DNA from: Vitrella brassicaformis CCMP3155
Lineage: Eukaryota; Protista; Chromerida
Reading direction: 5' to 3'
Assembly: GCA_001179505.1 (NCBI GenBank)
Contig: CDMY01000781.1
Span: 186,001-250,000 of the forward strand
DNA: 64,000 bases
Made by a program: the position numbers and the translations under genes
Part shown: positions 37,012-48,534 of the stretch, piece by piece
Numbering within the stretch: the first letter of the stretch is position 1
Layout: each line of letters begins with the position of its first letter
The notes under the pieces: model-generated
Seen by the model: only the letters and a program-made list of their open reading frames with translations
Databases searched by the model: none
Told to the model about the DNA's origin: nothing

Positions 37012-38950
37012 CTATCTACATACAAGAATCTCCCTCTCTGCCTGCTCGACCATCGTCTCCCGCCAGTCAATCGCATCTGCCTTGGCCTTCTCACTGTCAC
37101 CCCCATATGCAGACACAGAAAAGTAGTGGCACTGCGGCTTGGCAGCCGCATCATACCAGCTGGCCGCCCATGCCTTCCTCTTCTTGTTCCAGCTCACACC
37201 GATGTGGCCGCTCTGGATCTCGGCCGGCTGTCGGACGCTCGCCGCCCCGCTCGCCTCCTTCTCCTTGCGAAACGCCACGGCCTTCTCGTAGGCCTCCTCG
37301 ATGCTGCCGTTGGTGCTGATAGCGAAGCTCTTCTTACGCTGCTTTCTGCCCACGCCCCAGGCCGCCATCCACCTGTTGTGGCGCTCGTCGAAGTGGACGC
37401 CTTTAACCTTCTTGCCACGCAGCTGGTCGATAAGCTTCTTGTCCTGGCGGTTGAGCGTGATGGCGGCCTAAATGAACGAGACGGAGATACACACAAAAGA
37501 CCGTGATCGAAAAGGGCCACACATTCCATTCTTGGATTCGTGTACCTTTCGCTGAGTCGGCCATTTCTCTTCCATGTCCTTGCGCCGCCGAATGGCCTCC
37601 CGCTTCGCGCCGTTCTCGCCCAACATGGCGACCGAGAAGTGCTCCTTCTTTCTCTTGCCATTTTCGTACCACGACGCGACCCAATAGCTATGCGTGACGT
37701 CTTTCGTGATGACATTGCGATACACTTTGCGATGCAGTCCCGCGGTGCTGCTGTTGTTGGGGCTCTTGGTGGGGTGACTGGCCTTGTCGTTGTTCTTGTC
37801 ATTCTGTCGCTTGCTGGCCGCCTTGGGCCGCCTGCACAAACGAAACAGACACGCGTCCTCTATACACAAGGATCGCCCAGCCTGACTCACAGTGAGTGAG
37901 CATCCCTTCTTACTTGTCCCGTTGGCGTGGCGACATCTGCCTGTCCTGCTTCTCTCTTTTGGTCTCCTCAACCATCCTCTCCCGCCAGCGAATCGCAGCT
38001 GCCATTGCCTCTCTGTCACCCCCATGCGTGGACAGAGAGAAGTGGCAGTGCTTTTGCTCGCCAGACGCGTCAGTCCAGCGGGCCACCCATCTCTTGCCCG
38101 CCTTGTCCCAGATCACACCCCTGTGGCCGCTCTGCCTCTCGGCTGGCTGCTGGAGGCTCGCCGCACCGCTCGCCTCAGCCTCCCTGCGGCACGCGACGGC
38201 CTTGTCGTAGGCCTCCTCGATGCCGCCGTGCTTGTTGATGGCGAAGTACTTGCCATGCTGTGTCCCGCCCTTGGACCAGTACGCGACCCACCTGTTACAA
38301 TGGCGCTCGTCAAAGCGGACGCCCTTGACATCCTTCTCGAGCAGCTGGGCGATGAGCTTGCGACTATCGTCATCGATAATGATAGCAGTCTGAACAAGGG
38401 TGAGAAGAAATCACATCGATGCCATTTATGCACAAAGACGCACCTTTCTCTGATTCGGCCATTTCTCCTCCATGTCTTCCCGCCGCTTGATGGCCGCCCG
38501 TTTCGCGCCCTCCTCGCCCAACCTGGCCGCCGGGAAGCTCTCCGTTTTCTGCTTGCCGTTCTCGTACCAGGACGCAACCCAACGGCCTCTCGTGCTGTCG
38601 CGACGCACGCCGGTGATCTCGCTCTTCTCGTAGCTCCTGGTTGGGAGGGCGGCCTTCTCGTTGTTCTCGTCGCTCTGTCGCCTGTTGGCCGTCTCGGCCC
38701 GTTCGCGAAGGTCGCCAGTCCCTGACACACAAACAGCAAACACAGCCGGGTGACGTGCGGCGGCGCTCTGAATGTATGCAGGTGTTATGTGTACCAGATG
38801 GGGCGGGCACCCGCACTGCCGTCGGCTCTTTGGACGCCGAGCCCTTGCCGAGGCCGTCACCACGTCCACGACGCGACACCACATTGTCGGCATCATCGTC
38901 CTCACTATCGTCTGCAACAGGGGATCGCACCAGATATGTGCTTGGCCCCA

Positions 38951-38984
<34 letters not shown>

Positions 38985-39900
38985 TGTGTGCGTCGCTGAC
39001 CGTCGGGCGGCTCGTAGTCCTCGGCCTCGCCACCGTCGCTGCTGCTGCCGTCGCTCGGGTCACTCTCGTCGTCCGGGGGCTCACTACCAGTGCCCACACG
39101 ACCACCAGCACGATCTGCACCACCCAGGCAACACTCATGCGTGCCAAGCTGGGGTGTGCCCACGTGTCTGTGTGTGTGTGTGTGTGTGTGCGTAGGCATA
39201 CATACCGTTGAGCGCCAACCACCTGTTTTTGTTGCCCTCGGTGGAGGTCACGCCCTTCACCTTATTGGTGAGCAGCTGGCTGATGAGCTGCCGACCCTCC
39301 AGGCCGGCTTGGTCAGGAATTGAGGGAGGCTGAAGAGGGACAGACACAGACGGAAGCCATAATGAGGGAAGGAGATCCACATGCACATCCCATTCACAGA
39401 CATGCGCGTACCTTTCGCCGACGCAACCAGATCTTCTCCCTTCTGACGATGAGGGCATTCTGCAGGCAGCAAAATGCCAGCAGCACGTCTGATCTGGCGT
39501 CGATGGGCAGCATGAGGAAGCAACAGGCACATCCCAAGACAAGCAATTCGCCCCTCTCCACCATTTCCCTTCCGCCGCTCGACGGCTGCCTGCCTTGGCC
39601 ACCGCAAGTACAGCTCCCTTTTCTTGCCGCACACGAGAGGGGCTTTCCAAAGGGAATCAGCAACCGCTGTAAAATGCCTGGTGACTGGAAAGGACCATGA
39701 ATTGAAGGGTGTCATTTGGTCTGGTGCCACACACTCGTGCAAAATGCATACATGCACGCAGTCAAAACACCTGTACTAGCAAAAACATGTCAAGGTGTTC
39801 TTCGGTCAGGTCTCTGGCCCCATACACATACCGAGCAATGAGCTGGTCAGGATGCAGGTCACGAAAGCGGCGTTCGCACTGAATAGATACGAAAGCGCAC
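37012..39900 (-). CDS. Multi-AP2 (ApiAP2-type) DNA-binding protein, about 6 intact AP2 domains plus degenerate N-terminal copies; 5' end uncertain
   Basis: Repeated motifs such as ITGVRRDSTRGRWVASWYENGKQKTESFPAARLGEEGAKRAAIKRR, VKGVRFDERHCNRWVAYW...KYFAINKHGGIEEAYDKAVACR and HRGVIWDKAGKRWVARW...HFSLSTHGGDREAMAAAIRWR; the two-exon module recurs at 37012-37825. Confidence 0.85.
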
Positions 39901-40186
39901 TTGTCACCAGCACCCACGCAGCTCACACTCGTGTGTGAAGGCAGCCGGAGGTAGGGAGGTAGCAGACTGACTGAGAGGGACAAGGGTTGCGACACTTATT
40001 CACACACAGGATAGACAACGAGGTAGCAGAGAGAGAGAGAGAGAGTACGAGCAGCAGCGATCTTACACACACAACAATCGTCGTCGAGCAGGCACACGAT
40101 GCAGAGCGAAAACTTCACCGCTACGCCCACCTCACCACACGCCCACAGCAGCCGTGCCATACATGGAGCTAGGCTTAAACAGTCGG

Positions 40187-40958
40187 TCAGCTCGCGTGCA
40201 TGATGATCGGCAGCAGGATGTACTGCACACCCCACACAACACACAGACGGTCAGCACGCATATACATGGATGTGCGTGTGTGGTGTGAGTGGCCGTACCA
40301 GTGCGATGGCGAGTATGACGAGTGCGAGGATGATCTTGACCTTGATGTTGCGCCACCACATCATGCGCCGCAGGTCGACGGCGTTGCGCTGGAACTGCTG
40401 GGCCGATGTGCGGAGGTTGTCGGTCTTCTGCTCGAGCGATTCGATGTTCGCGTGGCTCTCCAGGATCTTCTTGACATTCTCCTGCATGATGTCCTTGACG
40501 TTGTCCACCTTCTCGCGCACCTCTGCCGTCTTGTCAAACTTGGCCGGCCGGTCATACGTGTCCATCAGCTCCTTGAGCGGCTTCCGCAGCGGCTTGGTCA
40601 GCGCGTTGGCGTCCAGCATGCTCAGCTTCTGCGCGTCCTCACTCAAACCACCCACCGCCTGCTGCAGGTCCGTCAGACACGCGAAGGCGTGGCGCTCAGG
40701 GTACGAAGCCGTTCGGGTGCCCACGCAATACAGGCAGGTCAGCTCGCGGTCAGCGAGGAGGTAGAGGCAGCCCTCGCCGAAGAAGCGTTTGTCGCGGCCG
40801 CCCGGCGCCATGCGGGAGAGGGACTCTGACAGGTGGCCCTGGAAGGCCCTGTCGAGGTCGTTCTTCTCGTTGTTGCCCATCTTGTCGTAGGAAGAGGCGA
40901 GGATGACCTGGTCACGCATCCGCCCGATGGCCAAGTAGACGACGTTCTCGTTCGCCAT
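40187..40958 (-). CDS. Longin-domain R-SNARE (VAMP7/synaptobrevin-like), tail-anchored
   Basis: Longin N-terminus (VVYLAIGRMRDQVILAS...YPERHAFACL), SNARE motif VREKVDNVKDIMQENVKKILESHANIESLEQKTDNLRTSAQQF, then MWWRNIKVKIILALVILAIAL|YILLPII-stop. Confidence 0.93.
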
Positions 40959-41295
40959 GGCGAATCAACCACTTCTCTGGCAGGCTGGCGATGTCAAGGC
41001 GAGACGATAGAGGCCGCGGCTCCACAACAACAGATATTGACCAGACGGCTCTACTTGAGCTCCCAAAACAAGAAAACCGTCAAAAGACCAACAGACGGTT
41101 CTCCGCCTCCCAGCTTGACCCTACAACCCTTGACCCTACAAACCCTGGCATTGGCTTGCCTTCCCCCTCGGGCTTCTCCCTCTTCTTTCGTGCGCGCCAC
41201 GCGACTGCTTCTATGGTGAGCTGCAGATACTCAAGCAACCGGCCGACTTTGCAATAGATTCACTGACCGAGTGACCGGGACTGAGACTACAAAAA

Positions 41296-44200
41296 ATGGA
41301 GGAAGACAGCAGTCCCCTTGAGTCGCGGCCCTCGAGGATATCATTCAGCCAGGGCACATTCAAGGCCAAGGCATCGCCGCCGAGAGTGACTGTCGGCCTC
41401 CGGCTACCTATCGCGGCCAGACGTTCGACGTCTGTGAGAAGCGGCGCTGGAGACGCGATGCCAACGGATGGTACGTCGTCTTTGCGGCTTTCGCTCTCCC
41501 AGTGGCTGGAGGCTATTGCAAGAGAAGAGCTCGAATTCATAGGCAGCCCGCCACCGACGGAGAGGGGCAGCCCCAGGGCGAGACAGCAGTATGTGCGGTG
41601 GGTGAGGCTGCAATGTTTTTACCGCGCCCTCTGCAAGATCCTGGAGTTCCAGCTGCCGTTCTTGCCGCGACCGCCCACTGATGTGTTGAAGGCTGCCTCG
41701 CCACTGTGGTATTCAGCTCTAATGGACATGAGGGAGAGGGAGGGAGACACCAGAGAGGGAGCCGAGTTGCCGATGACCACCCTTCCTTGGCTGAAACAGT
41801 CATCAGAGAGCATCCTCGGCCGCGTTGGAAGACGACGGCCGCAGAGCGCCCCACCCGAGAGAGCCCCAAGACAGGAGATATCATGGCAAGACTTCTACAC
41901 CTTCCTGACTTCGTTTGACACCGAAGCCTTCATTGCCAAGGCGTCGGCCGAGGCGAGAAGGGCCATATTCGAACGAGACAGAGGGAGGGCGGACCGGCGG
42001 TCGAGCAGTGAGGAGCCGGGGTATCCCTCAGGAGACTCCTCGCCGGCGGGAAGGCCTGTGCGGCTTGTCGCGGGGAGGCAGCCGCGGAGGCAGTAAGCAC
42101 GGGGGGAGGAGAAATGGGGACAGTGATGAGGGGGATGAGTGGCCTGTGTTTGCAGGGTGATGTATGACCGCGGCAAGACGTTTCAGGAGCTGCTGAAGGA
42201 GCTACCAGGCGTCATTCAGGCAAAAGTCGAGCTGCTGCGGGTAGCTGGAGGAACCGGGATGCGGCTGTGCGTATCGAAGCCACGATGTCTGTTCCTGTCG
42301 TCTTTTCGATCAGGGTCACTTTCCCGGTCTGTCTTGCCAGAGTGATGGGTCGCTGGAGAAACTGAGTGTGCTCTTCAAGTCAGAGACCAAGCGCAAAGGA
42401 AACATCATCATCGAGTGAGTGAGTCAGTGAATGAGCAGACGGATACACACACCGTCAGTCGAATTGTGTTCTGTGTCTGTTGCTGCTCTCTGCCTCCCGC
42501 AGAGAGGGCTCCAGTCTGTCTCATGTCTACATCATCAGCTCAGGCACATGTCGATCGCGAAAACTAAAAGTGCCGCCACCACCGGCAGAGTCCGCCGCCA
42601 TCCGCGAGGCAGCCGCGGCAACCCCCTCCCTCACGCAGGCCGAGCTCGGGCATGTCCTGGACCGGCTGTGCCCCCGCACCTACCAGGACGTCAGTGTGGC
42701 CGAACGAGGTCACGTTGTGGGGCTAATCTCTGCGTTGGTGGGAATACCCGAGCCACTGACTGTTGTGGCTGACTCAGCCAATGTCGAGTGCTATACGATT
42801 GCGGCGAATGATGCCAAGACGAAGCTCCCGAAGGACTCGTTTCGGCGGCTGGTGGCCATGGCGGTCCAACGGGCAGCCATCTATGCACCTGAACAACTCC
42901 AAGTGCAGCTGCAGAGGTAAGCAAAATCTATGGGTTCATCCCACCTCGACTGTCTCATTGCTCCATTTCCTCTGGTCAGAGGCGAGCGTGCCATCCTTCG
43001 CACACTGGTGGAGGCCTACTCCTCCTTGTATGGCCTCCCGTCCTTCCAGCACTCGCCCTTCCTGCGCAACAAGATGCACCAACACCCTCACGCCCTGCAG
43101 CTGCTGGAGCACCTCGACACCGATCCCGAACTGCTGCCAGTCCCTCTCACCTCTGACCTCTCACTGCTGGAGCTGCTGTGTCTCCACTCGGGCGAGTTCA
43201 GTCCACCCGAGCACACGGACCAGAGGCATGACGTCAGGAAGGCAGCTCTCTTCATGGGGCTGGTGCTGAGGCCCCGGCCTCTCAAGGTGGGGGCAAGGGT
43301 CACCAAGCGGGAGGTGCAGGCAGCGAAACGGGTCAAGGAGGCCATGGAGCGGTCACAAAAAACTAGCTTCAAACAACTGCTAAGGGTATGAAGCGAATGG
43401 AATGCTCGGATCCTTCTCATCAGTCGATTGTCTGCTTTCAGAATCCCTACCTGGATGCTGATCTCTGCCCCCCTCGCACAGCAACGCCACCAGCCGAGAT
43501 GCTTGAAGCAGCAGCTGAAGGCGATTTGGTGTCTCCTCCGTTTCTGCCCATCATGACGAAACAGAAGTCGCGCGCCTTCCTGGTGTCCAAAGAACGGCAC
43601 AAGGAGCTGCATCGACCGGTGCCGCCACTCATGCCCGAGGATGACGAGATGCTGCAGAAACCGCCAGATGGATTCCTGGATGAACTGCCAGCTGAGAGGT
43701 GAGGCACAGGCATGCAGGCACGTGATCGATCGATGTGTATATATGTGTCCTTGTCGGTCTGTGTGTCTCGCATGTGCTGCCCAGAGCTTTCAGCCACCGA
43801 TATGTGGTGATCCGCCCGCTGCAGAAGCCACCCAAAGGGGAGCAGCAACTGACTTCCAAGACACCAGCTGCTGCTTCGGACAAGCCATTTGACAAAGACA
43901 CCCACACCGAGAGACGGCGGCCCCACTCGGCCTCATCGGCTTCCCTGTGCACCCACACAACCCTCCCGCCCCCTTCACCTCCCCCAATGCCTGGCATGTC
44001 TCGCCCCGACTCGACTGCGGCCCTGTTCACGGATCAACCTTCACGGCCCGGCACAACAGCAGCAACAGGCAGTATGTTCAGGTCCATGTCTGAGCGGCCT
44101 ATCAGGAGAGGCAGCGAAACACGGCCTCACACGACGATTGCCGACATAAGAGACATGGTCATGGCTCGATCGTCCAGTGGCATTGGAATTGGGGTGATGA

Positions 44201-44733
44201 CGGAACAGGAGGAGACAGAGGCGCGGCTGCTGTGGATTCGGTCACTCAGAGGGCTGCACGCGCACATCCCTCGATCCCATCGGCCAGGACATGCTGAAGC
44301 CGAGGGTGCCGATGCAGACCGCCCGCCGACCCGGATACCCTTACGACGGCTCTCCTTCACCCCCGAGACACAACACATGCCTGACCGAGAGCAGCTCTCA
44401 TCCCTCACTCTCAAGGCGACATCCCTCCAGACCGCGCCGAAGAGACAACCGACGGTGCCGAGAGAAAGACCGCCACATCCCCCACGGCCAGAGAGCAGCA
44501 GCAAAGGATCAGACGCACTGCCACTGAGCCGGCCGGGGTCGTCTCTGTCTGTTGCCTCGGCGAGGGACCGCCCGCCGAGCAGCACCAGCAGCACCGGCAG
44601 TCGGGGGAGGCGGCAGAGGCGGGAGGTGAAAGGCAACGCGCGCGTATATCGTGGGCCGGTGCCGCCTGGCAAAGGCGGTGATCAGGAAGGGGTTGGATTG
44701 CTAGACGCATGGGAGGGAGGAGGTGGTGCGTAG
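41296..44733 (+). CDS. Protein with an IQ-like motif, a cyclic-nucleotide-binding-homology domain and a long disordered C-terminus
   Basis: VRLQCFYRALCK (IQ-like); LEKLSVLFKSETKRKGNIIIE|EGSSLSHVYIISSGTC...VAERGHVVGLISALVGIPEPLTVVADSANVECYTI (CNB beta-roll pattern); Ser/Pro/Arg-rich tail ending at 44733. Confidence 0.7.
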
Positions 44734-45119
44734 GTCGGTGTGTCATAGGGACGGATGGATACATGCAGTGTACATAGAAGAGCTAGCCATTGGGTCTTTC
44801 CGAGGCGTACGTCACACTGTCTTAGGTTTGTGTCATTGCTTGGCTTCACTCTGTCTGTCTGTCTGTCAAGGTCATTCTACTTCGTGTATTGCTCTTGACA
44901 CAAATTAGCGAAGCATTCTTACAACAGGGCACTGACTGTGGCAAGCCGATTCCTGCAGTTGACACGTGGGCGTCAAATAGAGGTTGCATGGCGGGGGTGT
45001 CTCTTTGGATTGGAGACATATAGTCGGTCCGAGTACACTGATTCGTGTAGCACGACATTGGCAGCTACTCATCCGAGCCATCGTAGGCAGCTACTCCAGT
45101 CAGTCAAAGGGTTTCTATT

Positions 45120-48100
45120 CTATTGACTCTCTCTCCACCTGTCTGATTCCGGCCAGTCACCCCCAAAAAACTCACTCATGCCTCTCTTGCGCCGCGCCTC
45201 ATGTCTGAGTCTGCGCCAACACCCGCGTGCCTCTCCTGTCATAGCCCTCTCCAACTCATTGCTGAGCTGCCGAGCTATGAAACGAGGAAAGCGCATGCCC
45301 ACATGTGCCAGCACAGCCTCACACAGCGACACAGTGTCATCCATTGACGCACGGCGTGAGAATACGGCAGAAGAAGAGAAGCCAGACTCGGGCAGCGACA
45401 CGGTATCCTCCATGGAGGTAGGGGGTGCGAAAACGGCATACGGGGAGAGGGCCGACACATTCTCAACCAGCCATCGGGGGAACACACGGCCGAAAACTCG
45501 ACACAACCGAACACACGAGGGGCCTGTCTGCACCGCCACGAAGCCACGCGATAGCAGCTGGCTTCTGACTGCCTCACAGCTGACTCCCACCATATCGATG
45601 GGACTGGCTTCGACACGACTGGCTTCTAGCTCATCACCGGAGGAGCAAGAGAAGCTCCAGCGGTCGAACGTGACGACGATCGAGTCGAGGAGAGGGCACC
45701 TATCGATGGCGTGAAGACACACCTTCAAGATGCCCCTATCCCCTTCCTGATCGTATGCCTTCTCCTTCGCTGGCTCACTGCTGCCCCCCTTCTTATCATC
45801 TCTGATGCTACGCTCCCAACGGACTGTGACACTGATCTTCTGAACGCGCCTCTGGACCCCTTTCTGTCCCTCACTCCCACCCCCGCCCTCCCACAGCGCC
45901 CACACGCTCGTGTCGACCCTCACACCAGCGGACTCTCTATAATCGGTCTTGATGTGTAGAGGGGAGCCTGTCTGGCTGCACGCCCCCAAGCAGCGAGGGA
46001 AGAAGAACGGCACAGAAATCCGTGCTTTCCTCTCAAAATGCACCTCTCTGATCGACTTGAGGTCTAAGGCCTTGCTCACTGCCTCCTCTCTCATCCCCAC
46101 TGCCTCTCCCAGATCAAGCGTTGTGACCCGAGGGAGGTAGGTATCAGATATGTGCGAGAGGACAGCACCAGGAAGAGGCTCTGAGCCAGCAGCAGAATGG
46201 CACAATTGCAGCTTCTCAGCTTGCAAAAAGACCAGCTGAGGGAGCCGATACAGCACAACAGACGGTACTGCCTCGCCCTGCCCCAGCCCATGAGGAAACA
46301 CGACACGCTTGACGAGAGAAGCGAGATGGATGAGTGTGTCAGCCCAGGATGGGCAGTTCTCCAAGTGCTGCAGCTCCCGCAGGATGTCAAAGGTGACGCC
46401 AAGACAGCAGGTGAAGGTGATGATGCCGTGGGGGGCCATCCATGTGGATCGAAGATGCGCAACGATCTGATGGACGGCACACACATCCACGCGACACATT
46501 TGCTTCTGGTGCCCTGCATGTGGGCAGCAGCATTTAGCCTCCACGTACCTGTAAGAATTCGGTATCGATGCTGTGCTCTCTGTCATCGAGGTCTATGTGA
46601 AGCTCTTCCAGCTGCATGGCGAAGTCGATAACCTTGTCCAAGTTCCACCTTCTGATTGGAGCACACCGGATGCGTCTGAGCCGTCTGCCATATAGAGCAC
46701 ACACACAGCACACGTGCGCGCGAACGAAGTGGCTAACATATGTGGGCATACGCCGATGCCCTCCTCTCTTCTCACTTGATGGATGGCTTGAGCATGTGGC
46801 GGAGGTCCTCGATGTGCCAGGCGCCCCCCCATCCCTCTGGGACCTCGAGCGTCAGATGATGCGGTCCCGGCCCTGCCAGCCAGCCGCTGCAGGCATCGCC
46901 CTTGTGGCCAGAGCACTTCTCGGGGTGGTCGTAGTCTAAGTCAAGTTGAGGTAGGTCATCCACGACAAACGTGTCGCGAAGCTGGATATCGACGAGCGAG
47001 CTGCAGACAGACAGACAGACAGACAGACAGACAGCGGAAGATGCGAGTGTGGGGTTCTCTGACCATGTATTTAGCTTACATGGGTGTCCAGTGCCGTCTG
47101 TTGGCGACACAGATCCACCAACCGGCCACCTTGACGCGTGCCAGCAGGGGGAAGATGACCTCTTCGCCCGTTCGTCCCTCCCGCAGCCATTCGCCGACGG
47201 CTTTGTCTACATGATAACAATCCGACCACGCCTCAAGCTCCTCCAGCGAGTCCCTCGCATGCTCGAGCAGCTCCACCACGCCCAGGCTCGGCGCACATGC
47301 CAAGACCGCTCGCTTCGCCCGGCTGAATGCCGAACCCCACACAGCCACCTGCTGTGGGGTCACCGTGATGGCGAAGGAGAAGCGGTTGCCCAGGTGGAGG
47401 GTCTTGTGTGTGACCGGCTTGCGGGAGATGGTGTGCAGGGACGGGTGTGAGGGGGCGAGCTTGGTGATGATGGTCTTGGTGCCGACAAGGGGGCCGATGT
47501 GGCCGCTGAAGCATGACTCGGGCAGAGTGATGAGAGACGGGACGGAGGAAGACTGACACACACACACACACTCACACACACACATACACAAATGGAGCAT
47601 TGCATGTTGTCAGTCAGCTCAATGCGCGACTTGTGTGCAGGTGTCAGCATACCGGTCGCTGCAGCATGGCCGAGATGGTGTCACATTTGGTGTTGGCAAG
47701 GTGCACGAGCGACTCCACTTCACTCGGCCGTAGGTCGTCATGAGCAAGCCTCTGGAGGAGACTTACCAGCACCGCACACTGGCCACGGACGTGCTGAAGG
47801 AACCAACGGCCAGCAGCGCACAGACAAAATGAGCATCTTCATGTGTGATGGTCGGTGCACCTTGATCTCACCTCTGAGGCTCTGATTCCGGGCGGCTGCG
47901 ATGAGTCATCTCTACTGCGGCTAAGTTTCAACACCCTCCCAGCCTGCAGACAACACGCAACAGACACGCAGCAGCAGTGCGGCACGGGTGCAGCCGGGTG
48001 GATCACCTGTCTGTCTTGTGTTCACCCACCCTCTGACGAAGCTCCTCAATGCCTTGCTGGAGTGCCGCCAGCTGAGCACACTTGCTCCTCAGACCAGCAA

Positions 48101-48349
48101 GATGCGACGCCTGTACGCGACACGACAGAGATCAGCCTGCATTCACACCGCACCGCGTCTACAACAGGCCTTGGCTTACCTCAGTCATTTTTCGCGAGCC
48201 TCTTCGTTCATTCCAGGCTCGCATGCAGCGTGCATGTGGAGCGTGCGTGGGTGATTCCTGTTGCGTGTCGTTCGTTTGCTTGTGCGTGAAAGACACTGGA
48301 CCAGGCTTTCGGGCCACTTACGACATTCGGTGTAACCGCTCTCCCGCAT
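45120..48349 (-). CDS. F-box-like/LRR-like hypothetical protein, multi-exon; start uncertain
   Basis: Exons in phase 0: ASHLAGLRSKCAQLAALQQGIEELRQR|AGRVLK...|HVRGQCAVLVSLLQRL...|SSSVPSLITLPESCFSGHIGPLVGTKTIITKLAPSHPSLHTISR (F-box-like), then leucine-spaced segments (LEELHIDL, LPRVTTLDL, LDSIVVTF). Long last exon 45120 to about 46470. Confidence 0.6.
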
Positions 48350-48534
48350 GCGCCGCGCTAGGGACAGGCGTCTATAACCGACCGACCTGGGAAGAATTCC
48401 AGCACAGATCTCTCTCGGGGCGGCCTCATCACACATTGTGCTCCAGCCTGAGACTCACAGGCCAGCAGGTAAGAGCTGGGATAGTGTGTTGAAACTGCCT
48501 CCCGTTACGAGAGTGGTCCGTTGTGTGTGTCAGG

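Noticed and set aside
39700-39900. Possible Ulp1/C48 protease remnant (DLTEEHLDMFLL…FNSWSF) upstream of the left AP2 gene
   Set aside because: Only a few residues match and there is no His-Asp-Cys triad; insufficient support.
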